Shown here: piece by piece, positions 32,938 to 42,865 of the stretch
Numbering within the stretch: position 1 is the stretch's first letter
How the letters are laid out: every line of letters begins with the position of its first letter
Sequence record: PP886230.1
Length of the DNA: 64,000 bases
Strand: one strand, 5' to 3'
The notes under the pieces: generated by a model
Seen by the model: only the letters and a program-made list of their open reading frames with translations
What the model was told of the DNA's origin: nothing
The model's database searches: none
Made by a program: the position numbers and the translations under genes

Positions 32938-34056
32938 ATGAAAATGACAAGTGGTTTTGCGAACATTCTTAAAAACAGTACTGGTAGTGTTAAAAAGAAT
33001 ACTGGTGTTAGTGTTGGTTTTCATGATCCAGATACATGGGTTAGTACTGGTAACTACGCACTAAATTATCGCATCAGTGGCTATTTTGACCGTGGTATCC
33101 CACTAGGCAAAGTAACGATGTTTGCTGGTGAATCAGGTAGTGGTAAATCTTTTATCGTATCTGGTAATATTGCACGTGAAGCTCAAAAACAAGGCATCTT
33201 TGTTGTTATGATTGACTCAGAGAACGCATTGGATTCAGATTGGCTTCAAGCACTTGGTGTTGACACTTCTGAAGAAAAACTTTTGAAAGTCAATATGGGT
33301 ATGATTGGTGACGTTGCAAAATTCACCTATGAGTTCATTGAAGGATATCGTAAAGAATACGAAAATACACCTAAAGATGAACGTCAAAAAGTATTGTTTA
33401 TTATTGATTCAATTGGTATGCTAAACACTGAAGTAGCCAATGATCAAATGAAAGCGGGTAACCTTAAAGGTGACATGGGTCATAAACCCAAACAGCTTAA
33501 AGCATATATCACAAACTGTGTAAACTCTATTGGTTCATTGAACATTGGTATGGTTTGCGTTAACCACAGTTATGAATCTCAGGACATGTTTAACCCAGAT
33601 CCTAAAGTTTCAGGTGGTAGTGGCTTGATTTATGCTTCATCTATGGTTATCGCAATGGGTAAATTAAAACTTAAAGAAGATGAAGACGGAAATAAAACTT
33701 CCGAAGTAAATGGTATTCGTGCTAAATGTAAAGTCATGAAGACTCGTTACAACAAGCCGTTCGAAGATGTAGAAATTAAAATTCCTTGGGATAAAGGTAT
33801 GGACCCACGTAGTGGTCTACTAGATATGTTTGAAAAATACGGTCTAATCACTAAATCAGGTAACCGTCTATTGTATGTTGATATTGTAACTGGCGAACAG
33901 ATTCTAAAATATCGCAAAGAGTGGATGCGTAATGAAGATTCATGTCTTGATTTGGTAATGCATCAATTTAAAAATCATCCTTTGATTGAAGAAGTTAAAG
34001 AAGAAGAAAAAGGTGATGAAACTTTTGGTACTGATGTGGATATTAGTGAGGAATAA
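32938..34056 (+). CDS. uvsX: RecA-like recombinase (UvsX)
   Basis: STGNYALNY.ISG, GESGSGKS, IDSE.ALD, IDSIGML, VNHSY, SGG.G..YASS. Confidence 0.95.
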   Translation: MKMTSGFANILKNSTGSVKKNTGVSVGFHDPDTWVSTGNYALNYRISGYFDRGIPLGKVTMFAGESGSGKSFIVSGNIAREAQKQGIFVVMIDSENALDSDWLQALGVDTSEEKLLKVNMGMIGDVAKFTYEFIEGYRKEYENTPKDERQKVLFIIDSIGMLNTEVANDQMKAGNLKGDMGHKPKQLKAYITNCVNSIGSLNIGMVCVNHSYESQDMFNPDPKVSGGSGLIYASSMVIAMGKLKLKEDEDGNKTSEVNGIRAKCKVMKTRYNKPFEDVEIKIPWDKGMDPRSGLLDMFEKYGLITKSGNRLLYVDIVTGEQILKYRKEWMRNEDSCLDLVMHQFKNHPLIEEVKEEEKGDETFGTDVDISEE

Positions 34057-34517
34057 TGAAACCTTGGCATTGGATTATCAAAGATGATAAATCTAAAATT
34101 ATTGAAATGATTGAGTTCTTTAACAAAGAAGTTGAAGAAGCTCGTCGTGAAGTAAAGAAGATTGGCATCATTGAAAAAATTGCTCAAGAGATTCCTGGCT
34201 GGCATGAGACGCGTCTAAGCCAGCTTCAAGAACTTGAAGCAGTATTGGAAATGTTAGAAATTGAAATGCGTCAGGTACAAGCCGAGAAGTTCAAATACTT
34301 TCTCGAAGGATACCGCCGTGCACTATCTTCATCTGACTGTAAAAAGTATGTTGAAGGTGATAAAGATGTTTGTGAGTTAGCAGAACTTATAAACGAGGTA
34401 TCTTATATAAGAAATACATATTCAAGTATTGTTAAATCCTTAGAGATGAAAGCTTTTCAGTTAAACAATATTGTGAGACTACGTGCCGCTGGTATTGAGG
34501 ATGCACGTTTAGAATAA
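34056..34517 (+). CDS. uvsY: Recombination mediator (UvsY-like)
   Basis: Coiled-coil, RALSSSDCKKYVEGD, K.FQLNNIVRLRAAGIED; between uvsX and uvsW. Confidence 0.75.
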   Translation: MKPWHWIIKDDKSKIIEMIEFFNKEVEEARREVKKIGIIEKIAQEIPGWHETRLSQLQELEAVLEMLEIEMRQVQAEKFKYFLEGYRRALSSSDCKKYVEGDKDVCELAELINEVSYIRNTYSSIVKSLEMKAFQLNNIVRLRAAGIEDARLE

Positions 34518-34525
34518 TTATCATT

Positions 34526-34550
34526 AAGGACGCATATCGCGTCCTTTTTC
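34526..34550 (+). terminator. Intrinsic terminator
   Basis: AAGGACGC-ATATC-GCGTCCTT plus TTT. Confidence 0.7.
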
Positions 34551-34564
34551 TATGCGAGAATAAA

Positions 34565-35383
34565 ATGACAAAATTAAATGAGTTTTTATCAAATGTAGCA
34601 GTTCTAGATACTGAAACTACTGGGGTTGAGAGTGAAGATGATATTATTGAATTTAGTATCTCGTATCCACATACTTCACATGAAAACATTGATACTATTG
34701 ATAACTATACATTGAGATACAAACCCTTGAAAGATATTCCACCAGAGGCATCTGCTGTGCACTTTATCAGTACTGAGGATGTAGCTAATTGTGTTGGGTA
34801 TAAAGATGATTTAGATAACATTGATGCACTTATGGGATGCCGTAAGTATTTTGTTGGTCATAATGTACAATTTGACCGTAGAATGATGGTAGATAACGAA
34901 TATAAATATCGTAACTCAATTTCACAGTACTTACTTGATGAAAATAAATGGATTTGTACCCTTCGTCTTGCTAAGAAAATGTTCGCAGAAGATATTGAAT
35001 TTAAAAACTTAACTCTAAGTTATTTGTGGTATAAGTTTGGATGTTATCGTGATGTTCATCGACCTGTTAATGCACACGCAGCAAAAGACGATGTGTTCAT
35101 GTGTTATCAGGTTCTAATCAAATTAGTTGAAATTGCAATCGAACGTGGACATATTGAGCCTAATGGTGATATTGGTGAGCAAATTGTAACTTTCTGCAAC
35201 ACACCAATGCGTTATCAATTCATGCCATTTGGTAAACACAAAGGTGAGCCAATGAGTACAGTTCCATTGAATTACATTGAATGGATGATTGCTAATAGTG
35301 ACATTTTAGATGCAAGTAACCCTAACTGTGATAAAGATTTAGTATATACATTTGAGTACGAATATAATACTCGAACTAATTAA
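34565..35383 (+). CDS. DEDDh 3'-5' exonuclease, exonuclease X-like
   Basis: LDTETTG, VGHNVQFD, AHAAKDD, C-terminal MPFGKHKG....VP..YI.W. Confidence 0.88.
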   Translation: MTKLNEFLSNVAVLDTETTGVESEDDIIEFSISYPHTSHENIDTIDNYTLRYKPLKDIPPEASAVHFISTEDVANCVGYKDDLDNIDALMGCRKYFVGHNVQFDRRMMVDNEYKYRNSISQYLLDENKWICTLRLAKKMFAEDIEFKNLTLSYLWYKFGCYRDVHRPVNAHAAKDDVFMCYQVLIKLVEIAIERGHIEPNGDIGEQIVTFCNTPMRYQFMPFGKHKGEPMSTVPLNYIEWMIANSDILDASNPNCDKDLVYTFEYEYNTRTN

Positions 35384-35398
35384 TAAAGGTAATCATGG

Positions 35399-36883
35399 AT
35401 GAAAACTTGTAAGTTAACCTTATTGGATGAGGTGAATTGTAAATTTGAGGGACTTGATCCCTCAATTAGACAAAAGATGATTCGTGCAACTGAATATGTG
35501 TTACCATATGCAAAGTTCACACCAGCAGGACGTATTGGACGTTGGGATGGTAAAGTTCAGTTTATGAATTTAGGCGGGACAACTTATTATCATATGTTAG
35601 ATAAGTTATTGCCTATTCTTGATGAAGCTAAGATTGACATTGAATTAGTAGATCATAGGGTAGATTATGGATTTAAATTTGACCCCATTGATGAAGATAT
35701 TTTTAGTGATGTTGTATTCGGTGCAGGACACCACATGGAAGGTAAATCCATAAAACTACGTGAACATCAAGTTAATGCGGTTAATGCATGTTTGGCTAAT
35801 CCACACGGACTACTATTGGCAGCTACTGGTGCAGGTAAAACTCTCATTACTGCTGCATTGTCAAAGAAAGTGCAAGAGTATGGACGTTCTGTTATAATAG
35901 TACCAAGTACTGACTTAGTACAACAAACATATGATGACTACATTATGTGTGGGTTGGATACTGGCATGTTCTATGGTTCACAAAAAGATTTTGGTCACCA
36001 ACATACTATTACGACTTGGCAATCATTTAACTCTCTATGGAAGAAAACCAAGAAAGGTGAAATTGAATTAACTGAACAAGACGTGAATGATTTTATCGAT
36101 GGAGTAGTTTGTGTTATCGTTGATGAGTGTCAAGGTGCAGGCGGTGACGCATTAGTTCAAGTACTTTCTAAAGTTATGAATAACGTACCATTACGTTGGG
36201 GTCTTACTGGAACAATTCCTAAAGATCCGGTAGTTGCCGCGAAAATCAAATGTAATGTTGGTGATGTTATATTTAAAATAACTGCAAAGGAATTACAAGA
36301 TAAACAAATACTAAGTACATGTAATGTGAATTGCATCAAACTAAAAAGTAGTATGAAGTTTGCATCATATGCTGAAGAGTTGAAATACTTAGTAACTGAC
36401 AGAGATAGGATGGCATATGTAGCGTCATTGATATCTGCGTTATCTGAATCAGGAAACACTTTAGTTTTAGTAGATAGACTTGAAGCAGGTGAGTTGCTAT
36501 GTGAATTTTTAGGCATTCCCAAATCAGAATTCGTTCGTGGAGAAACTAAAAAGAAAGATCGAGAATCATCTTATGGTGAAATTCGTTGGGCTGATAATAA
36601 AATACTTATTGCGACATACGGCGTTGCCAGTACGGGTATTAGTATTTCAAGGTTATATAATGTAGTATTGATTGAGCCAGGAAAAAGTTTTGTAAGAACT
36701 ATACAGTCAATTGGACGTGGATTACGCCGAGCAGAAGATAAAGACCACGTAGAAATATATGATATTAGTGGTTCTAATAAGTATAGTGCCAAGCATTTAC
36801 GAGAACGTTTAGCTTACTATAAGGAAGCACAATATCCTCATAGTATAATAGATGTTAAAGATTGGGAAAACACAGCGGGATAA
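35399..36883 (+). CDS. uvsW: SF2 DNA helicase (UvsW)
   Basis: ATGAGKT, VDECQ, WGLTGT, ATYGVASTGISI, QSIGRGLR. Confidence 0.93.
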   Translation: MKTCKLTLLDEVNCKFEGLDPSIRQKMIRATEYVLPYAKFTPAGRIGRWDGKVQFMNLGGTTYYHMLDKLLPILDEAKIDIELVDHRVDYGFKFDPIDEDIFSDVVFGAGHHMEGKSIKLREHQVNAVNACLANPHGLLLAATGAGKTLITAALSKKVQEYGRSVIIVPSTDLVQQTYDDYIMCGLDTGMFYGSQKDFGHQHTITTWQSFNSLWKKTKKGEIELTEQDVNDFIDGVVCVIVDECQGAGGDALVQVLSKVMNNVPLRWGLTGTIPKDPVVAAKIKCNVGDVIFKITAKELQDKQILSTCNVNCIKLKSSMKFASYAEELKYLVTDRDRMAYVASLISALSESGNTLVLVDRLEAGELLCEFLGIPKSEFVRGETKKKDRESSYGEIRWADNKILIATYGVASTGISISRLYNVVLIEPGKSFVRTIQSIGRGLRRAEDKDHVEIYDISGSNKYSAKHLRERLAYYKEAQYPHSIIDVKDWENTAG

Positions 36884-36904
36884 ACCCGCTGTTTGTGATA
36901 TAAT
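36877..36904 (+). promoter_or_regulatory. Middle-type promoter variant
   Basis: GGGATA-N16-TATAAT with TG extension; overlaps the palindrome ACAGCGGG/CCCGCTGT. Confidence 0.6.
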
Positions 36905-36938
36905 GTGTCATATGACAACAACAAGGATGTAAAATAAA

Positions 36939-37367
36939 ATGGAATTGAGATCTAGTATTGCTTTTATTTGTGACCAAGAAACTTTAGAAGTTATGGATGT
37001 ATTGTTGAACGATGATGGTATTATGGATGACATGGTATCTTCTCTTGACTATATACCTGAGCTAGAAACGGATGATACTAACGTATGGAGATGTAATATT
37101 GATAGTGATTCTTGGATTAATATCTATGAATTACAGACACGAATTGATTCTAAAGTAGAATCATTGAAATATGATATCATCTATGCAAGTACTGACACGA
37201 AAACTTTTATTGATGTAGTAAGTCTAAGTGGTAATTTTGATTCATATCTGGATACTGATGTAGATAAAATTCAAGAGATGTGTGAAACTTATGGACTTGA
37301 ATTTTATGGGGTAGAAGACCAAGATGATGAAGAATATTATGATGACGAAGAAGATTCGCAGTACTAA
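36939..37367 (+). CDS. Acidic hypothetical protein
   Basis: 142-aa ORF. Confidence 0.7.
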   Translation: MELRSSIAFICDQETLEVMDVLLNDDGIMDDMVSSLDYIPELETDDTNVWRCNIDSDSWINIYELQTRIDSKVESLKYDIIYASTDTKTFIDVVSLSGNFDSYLDTDVDKIQEMCETYGLEFYGVEDQDDEEYYDDEEDSQY

Positions 37368-37376
37368 GGAGATGAC

Positions 37377-37874
37377 ATGAACGTATTAACACCTGAAAAT
37401 AATTCTTTTGACATGGATTTAGTAACAGAACATATCCCTGAAGAAATGTATTGTGTTTTGGATCTAAGCCCAAATGGTGAATCTGATTTTTATTTTAGAC
37501 ATATTCTAAACACCGTATCATTTAATAGTATTAGTGCTGATCTTCAAATTGGTGAAAAGATTATTCAAGTGCCTCTAGGATGGCAAATTATGTTAGGTGA
37601 TGAAGAAACTGGTATGGTTGAGATGTGTACAATTGAAAACATTCTTAACATGAAAGAACCAAAAGCTTTTGTTTACAATCCTATCCGTTCAATGTATCCT
37701 AAGTTTGAACCAGTCAAAGTACTACGTGTATTTGCATTAACTACAAAGTGGCAGATACCAATGTTACCTAAAAAGAATTTACTATGCGTCCCACTACATA
37801 GTGGTGAAAATCCACCATGTGTGTACTTTGCAGATGAAAACGAAAAAATTCAAGATTTGTATCTAGGAGTATAA
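37377..37874 (+). CDS. Hypothetical protein
   Basis: 165 aa, AAGGAG RBS. Confidence 0.75.
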   Translation: MNVLTPENNSFDMDLVTEHIPEEMYCVLDLSPNGESDFYFRHILNTVSFNSISADLQIGEKIIQVPLGWQIMLGDEETGMVEMCTIENILNMKEPKAFVYNPIRSMYPKFEPVKVLRVFALTTKWQIPMLPKKNLLCVPLHSGENPPCVYFADENEKIQDLYLGV

Positions 37875-37878
37875 AATA

Positions 37879-38724
37879 GTGTTTGATTTCAGTGATATTA
37901 AAAATAAGTCGGTCGATGATGATGAAAAACCAACACAGCATTCTTTTTCTATTGCTGAATTTCTAAAACACATTGACCGTGCTGATTATAAGTACTATAA
38001 TGACATGACCGAAAAAGAACGAAAAGAGTTTACTCCATATACTGTTTTGCGATGGGTAAGCTCTTTAGATGATTCGTTACAAGTAACCTACCCTAGTAGT
38101 AAAGTTGAAAGTGTATTTGGAAAATGGAAATCTGGTGGTAAAGAAGCACTGACTGAACTAGTTACTGAATTAAAGTCTTCAGGGACAAATGTTTCATCAG
38201 TAACTAAGTACTGTCATAGTGATTATGATTGGCGTATTAAATTTGCAGTCCAATCAAAAGATGACGCACAAAAATTAATATCCTCAATGGTCGAATTTGG
38301 CGTATCAGGTTCCGAAATTGTTTCATTAGTAGATACTGAAGTTGTCAAATACCAACTTATTATGCTAAATGATATGGTTAATGATGGATTTTGGGATATG
38401 AAAGAACATCCAGAATTAGTATATCAGCTTATGTGTTCAGTCCATGATATGATTGGTGGACAAGAAATGCCACGTAACTGGTTAAACTTTTCTAAGAATT
38501 TCAAAAAGGCAAATAACGAATTATTTGAGTTAATTAAAAGCTCACAACCTGATACTATATCTACTCAAATGAATGAAGATGAGTACAAAATTGTTCTATT
38601 GCAGTATGATAAAAAAACATTTGAGACATTTCTTGACAATAATGGTTTTCAAGATAATGAAAAGAAATCTATGATGAAATTGTTTAAAGAAGAATGTAAA
38701 AAATATGGCAAAGAAATCAAGTAA
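37879..38724 (+). CDS. Hypothetical protein (replication cluster)
   Basis: 281 aa, GTG start after AGGAG. Confidence 0.7.
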   Translation: MFDFSDIKNKSVDDDEKPTQHSFSIAEFLKHIDRADYKYYNDMTEKERKEFTPYTVLRWVSSLDDSLQVTYPSSKVESVFGKWKSGGKEALTELVTELKSSGTNVSSVTKYCHSDYDWRIKFAVQSKDDAQKLISSMVEFGVSGSEIVSLVDTEVVKYQLIMLNDMVNDGFWDMKEHPELVYQLMCSVHDMIGGQEMPRNWLNFSKNFKKANNELFELIKSSQPDTISTQMNEDEYKIVLLQYDKKTFETFLDNNGFQDNEKKSMMKLFKEECKKYGKEIK

Positions 38725-39415
38725 TCAAGTATATACCTGTAGATTTTGTGATCGTGAATTTAAACGTGAAGAAACTGTAAACACACATAAATGTATAAAA
38801 CGTGACCGATACGAAGACCGCCAAAGCCGCCAGATGATGGAGGCTTTTCGTATATATATGCAATTTATGGAATTGAATAAGTTCCCATTTAAAAAAGGCG
38901 TAGAGCCTTTTATTGCTTTTATAAAGTCAAAGTACTTTAATGATTTTTATAGTTTTGCCGAATACTATTTGAATAATAGAGATATTATTAATGTGGACGA
39001 GTTTGTAAAGTACTTGATTATCAATAACAAACCAATCACGGAATGGAGTACATATAAAGCAAAAGATGAATGGATATTAAAAACAATTCGTGCCGAGCAC
39101 CCAAAAGAAGCAATTGCAAGAAGTGTTATCTCACTGGTTGAATGGGCTGAAAATTTGAATGTACAATGGAATACTTTCTTTGAAAATGTAAGTTCTGCCC
39201 GTGCAATTGCATGGATTGAGAGTGGTAAAATTTCACCTTGGATTATCTGGCTTGCTCCTAAAAAAAGTACTAATAAGTTTTTTAAAAAACTATCAAACTC
39301 AGAAATTGAATATATACTTAAATACATCGATCCAAGTTATTTTGAAATCAAAACTATAAAATACAAAAAGGATTGTGATGAAATTAAGATTATGCTATGT
39401 GAGGCAGGATTATGA
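38705..39415 (+). CDS. Hypothetical protein with N-terminal zinc finger
   Basis: CRFCDREFKREETVNTHKC (C2HC). Confidence 0.7.
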   Translation: MAKKSSNQVYTCRFCDREFKREETVNTHKCIKRDRYEDRQSRQMMEAFRIYMQFMELNKFPFKKGVEPFIAFIKSKYFNDFYSFAEYYLNNRDIINVDEFVKYLIINNKPITEWSTYKAKDEWILKTIRAEHPKEAIARSVISLVEWAENLNVQWNTFFENVSSARAIAWIESGKISPWIIWLAPKKSTNKFFKKLSNSEIEYILKYIDPSYFEIKTIKYKKDCDEIKIMLCEAGL

Positions 39416-39741
39416 ATGGAAAAAGTATATATAATAAAATACCAGAAGGGTATGTACCTGTACCTAAAGAACAAAAATCAAAACAAATATCTCTACTTAG
39501 ACAAGGATCTATTACTGAAATAACTTTAGATGGTAAAACATTTCAAGTTCATGATCCTGCTCGTATTGAAAAAATTATTTCTTTGGTAGAAAGACACGAA
39601 GAACGCTTTTTCAGTTTAAGTCAAGAATTGGCAAAGACAAAACAAAATTGTAGATTATTAGAGAATCAAATATCAACTTTGACTAATACAGTTAAACAGT
39701 TACAGGAGCAAATAAAAAATGCAGGATTCGACCGATTCTAA
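39412..39741 (+). CDS. Hypothetical coiled-coil protein
   Basis: 109 aa, heptad-rich C-terminus. Confidence 0.65.
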   Translation: MNGKSIYNKIPEGYVPVPKEQKSKQISLLRQGSITEITLDGKTFQVHDPARIEKIISLVERHEERFFSLSQELAKTKQNCRLLENQISTLTNTVKQLQEQIKNAGFDRF

Positions 39742-40357
39742 ACATTATAGAAAAGCCCGAACTGATATTGACATTGACTTCAAGGATAGTAAAAGCGTAA
39801 TCGCTAAACTTCCATGTGTGCGAAGTACTGAAAAAATTACGGAGGATGGTTTAATCCCCCATAATAGTGGTGTTCATTTTGATAATATACCTATTGACCC
39901 AATCACTGGATTGGCAAGTATACAATATAAAGAAGCTGAAAGGTTAGGGTATCAAAAAGTTGATATTCTTTCACAGTCAGCTTACATGTATGTTCGTGAT
40001 AGAGAGCATTTAAAAGAACTAATGAATCAGGAACCAAATTGGGATCTATTGTTAGAACCCGAAATTGTAGAACATCTATCGCAAATTAAAAAACATGTAA
40101 CTTTATTAAATGTATGGAAGCCTAAATCTATAGACGAACTAGCAATGTTTATTGCAATGATTCGCCCAGGAAAAAGGCAGTGCCAAAGTATGAACACATG
40201 GGACGAAGTTAAAGCTACCATATGGGATTATAGTACTATAGGAACTGACCAAGCAGGAAATAAATTACGATATTTCAAAAAGCCACATGCTTACGCATAT
40301 AGCTTAATGATTGTTGTACAACTAAATGCTTTAGTTGAACATCTTACTTCTTCTTAA
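39719..40357 (+). CDS. Minimal DnaE (Pol III alpha, family C)-like catalytic core
   Basis: TDIDIDF, HNSGV, GYQKVDILS, PKSIDELAMFIAMIRPG, YFKKPHAYAY parallel the DnaE motifs in order. Confidence 0.8.
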   Translation: MQDSTDSKHYRKARTDIDIDFKDSKSVIAKLPCVRSTEKITEDGLIPHNSGVHFDNIPIDPITGLASIQYKEAERLGYQKVDILSQSAYMYVRDREHLKELMNQEPNWDLLLEPEIVEHLSQIKKHVTLLNVWKPKSIDELAMFIAMIRPGKRQCQSMNTWDEVKATIWDYSTIGTDQAGNKLRYFKKPHAYAYSLMIVVQLNALVEHLTSS

Positions 40358-40697
40358 GAGCCACATTACGACGCTTGATGCGTTTCTGTGGCAAATTGCT
40401 TAAAGAAACTACTGGACCACATACGAAATTCACCGACGGTGTATCGAATCTCTGTGTGTACGGTTCAAATTTCTCCATCTCTTCTTGAAAGAATAGACAA
40501 ACTGGAATGGTTCTATTACTTTGCCACCACCAATCGTGTGCTATACCTAACAATTCGTCTTGCATTGAATCATCCATATCATCGAAACAGTAAAGAGTTG
40601 TATACTGTTTGCTTTTGATTTTGATGATACCAACAAACGTTTTACCATCATACTGGATTACAGTAATGAATGGTGGAATAGTGTTATATTGATTCAT
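40344..40697 (-). CDS. Hypothetical protein
   Basis: 117 aa; PFITVI.Y....VGII, WWWQSNRTIP..F. Confidence 0.7.
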   Translation of the reverse strand: MNQYNTIPPFITVIQYDGKTFVGIIKIKSKQYTTLYCFDDMDDSMQDELLGIAHDWWWQSNRTIPVCLFFQEEMEKFEPYTQRFDTPSVNFVCGPVVSLSNLPQKRIKRRNVALKKK

Positions 40698-40754
40698 ATT
40701 AGTTCCATAAATATTAGTATAAATTTATACCTATTATTTATGGAAGGAAAAACT

Positions 40755-41732
40755 ATGGCTCATCACGGCGTGTTTATGTACCCTTATAATCAGGAAGTAT
40801 CATTGGGCAATTTTAATATGCCATATAGCAATGAAAAACTAACTATATATAGAGGGGCAAATAATAATTTATCTTTTACTGTTCACAACGCTGATGGAAA
40901 ATATACTTTATTGAAAGATAATGAATATCTTACATTTATGATTTTTGATGCACGAAATAATACTAAACTATTTGATGTTGTATTAGAAAAACAAGAACCC
41001 AGTTGGTTATCAGAAAGTGGACAAGGAAGACAAACATTAGGAAATAAAAAGAAAGTATATTATGGATGTATTGTTCCAGCAGGAGTTATTCAAGATACCA
41101 GTCCTGGTTCAAAATATAGATGGAGCATTACTAAAGTAACAATGGATGGTTCACTTATAGAACCAACACAATATCTATACACAGGGATGAACTTTGAGGC
41201 ATCAGCAGAGCTAATAATTTCAGACCAAGCAGCACCTGTATTTGTCCCCAGTACTGAAATATCAGTTAATAAAAATCCAGCATGGACAACTATAAAGCGT
41301 TTATATCATGAACCAATTGGAAATGGTATGATTGGTGAATATGATATTCTCGCATCAACTCCACTACCAGCACAAATGCAGTTTGGATTAGTAGATGGAT
41401 TAAGTAGTATTGCAATCTATTTTGATAAATTTATTGGTAGAATACAGCTACAAGGGTGCTTGTGTAACAACGTACCTAATGATAATGAAAACTATAAATG
41501 GTTTATTATTAAATTAGATGGAAAGGATTATATTGAAAATGGAATTGATTCAGAAGGTTTTCCAAAAGAACTTGACGGAATACAAGCATTTAATTTTAAA
41601 GGAAATTATATGTGGTTACGTTTGGTGGTTGCTATTCATCCCAAAATTGTTCCAGTACCATATGACTATGCTGCTGTCCGAAAAGTGTATGACCCTTTCC
41701 TAACAGTACCTAAAATTTTGATACGTAGATGA
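40755..41732 (+). CDS. Probable virion structural protein
   Basis: beta-rich, L.IYRG..N.L.F...N.DG start; late promoter CATAAATA 40706-40713. Confidence 0.6.
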   Translation: MAHHGVFMYPYNQEVSLGNFNMPYSNEKLTIYRGANNNLSFTVHNADGKYTLLKDNEYLTFMIFDARNNTKLFDVVLEKQEPSWLSESGQGRQTLGNKKKVYYGCIVPAGVIQDTSPGSKYRWSITKVTMDGSLIEPTQYLYTGMNFEASAELIISDQAAPVFVPSTEISVNKNPAWTTIKRLYHEPIGNGMIGEYDILASTPLPAQMQFGLVDGLSSIAIYFDKFIGRIQLQGCLCNNVPNDNENYKWFIIKLDGKDYIENGIDSEGFPKELDGIQAFNFKGNYMWLRLVVAIHPKIVPVPYDYAAVRKVYDPFLTVPKILIRR

Positions 41733-41758
41733 GACAAAACTAGAAGGTGTGCTATAAT
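41731..41758 (+). promoter_or_regulatory. Middle-type promoter (primase/helicase)
   Basis: GAGACA-N16-TATAAT with TG extension. Confidence 0.75.
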
Positions 41759-41787
41759 CATTTGTAAGAAAAGACAAGGATTAACTT

Positions 41788-42843
41788 ATGAACGCTGTAC
41801 AAAACATAATGGCACAAATTATGAATGATCCAGTACCTGCGATTGGTACATGGTCACAACACAACTGTCCAGCTTGTGTGTTCAGAGGACATTCAAGGCC
41901 GGATACAAAGCACCGTGGTAATCATATGTTCAATGCAGATGGTTCCGTTTCATATAACTGCTTTAACTGTAGTTTAAAAACTGGTTGGCAACCAGGAAAA
42001 TATATGAGCAAAGATATGGAGTCTTTGCTCATTTCTTTTGGTGCACAAGATAAAGAAATAGAATTAGTTAAGTTTTATATTAAAGAAATGGTTGACAGCG
42101 GTGATTTTGATGCACAAGAAACTGTTGCATCAAAATTGTATGACCGAGTAACAGTACGTGATTTGCCATCAAATGCAAAAACATTTTGGGAATGGGCTTC
42201 TTTACCTGAAGATAAAATTCCACAAGAATTTATAAGTGTTTTGCATAATGTCAATGAAAGAAACCCATATCTGTTAGACTTAGAATTATATTGGTCACCT
42301 AATAAAGAACATAAAATGTATGACAGATTTATTATTCCATATTTCATGAATGGTAAAATTATTGGTTATACTGCACGACATAAATTAAAAGATCCTGGAA
42401 GTACATACAGGTTCATAAATCAAGTAAGTACTAATATACTATATAACTATGATTTATTAAAAGATGAACGAATAAAAACAATTTTAGTATGTGAGGGTCC
42501 GTTAGACGCAGCATTAATGGGTGGTGTATCTGCTAATAACTTTAAATTATCAAACGTACAGATTGATGTATTAAAAGATGCACAGCAAAAAGGTAAAAAA
42601 ATAGTTATTGTTCCAGATAGAGATAAAGATGGATTAATAACTATAGACCAAGCACTTGAAAATGGATTCAGTGTTTCCTTCCCAGACTTTGGTGCTGTAA
42701 GAGAAGGTAGTACAATACGTCATATCAAAGACTTTGAAGAAGCTTGTGCACGATTTGGTAGGTTATTTTGTTTACAATTAATACATGATAGTATAGTAGA
42801 TGAGCCATTTTATATTAAAGCTCAAACGGATAAATGGATGTAA
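41788..42843 (+). CDS. gp61: DnaG-type DNA primase (gp61-like)
   Basis: Zn finger CPAC..CFNC, RFIIPY..G.IIGYTAR, TOPRIM CEGPLDA and PDRD. Confidence 0.85.
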   Translation: MNAVQNIMAQIMNDPVPAIGTWSQHNCPACVFRGHSRPDTKHRGNHMFNADGSVSYNCFNCSLKTGWQPGKYMSKDMESLLISFGAQDKEIELVKFYIKEMVDSGDFDAQETVASKLYDRVTVRDLPSNAKTFWEWASLPEDKIPQEFISVLHNVNERNPYLLDLELYWSPNKEHKMYDRFIIPYFMNGKIIGYTARHKLKDPGSTYRFINQVSTNILYNYDLLKDERIKTILVCEGPLDAALMGGVSANNFKLSNVQIDVLKDAQQKGKKIVIVPDRDKDGLITIDQALENGFSVSFPDFGAVREGSTIRHIKDFEEACARFGRLFCLQLIHDSIVDEPFYIKAQTDKWM

Positions 42844-42865
42844 TACATATAATGAGGGAACATAG

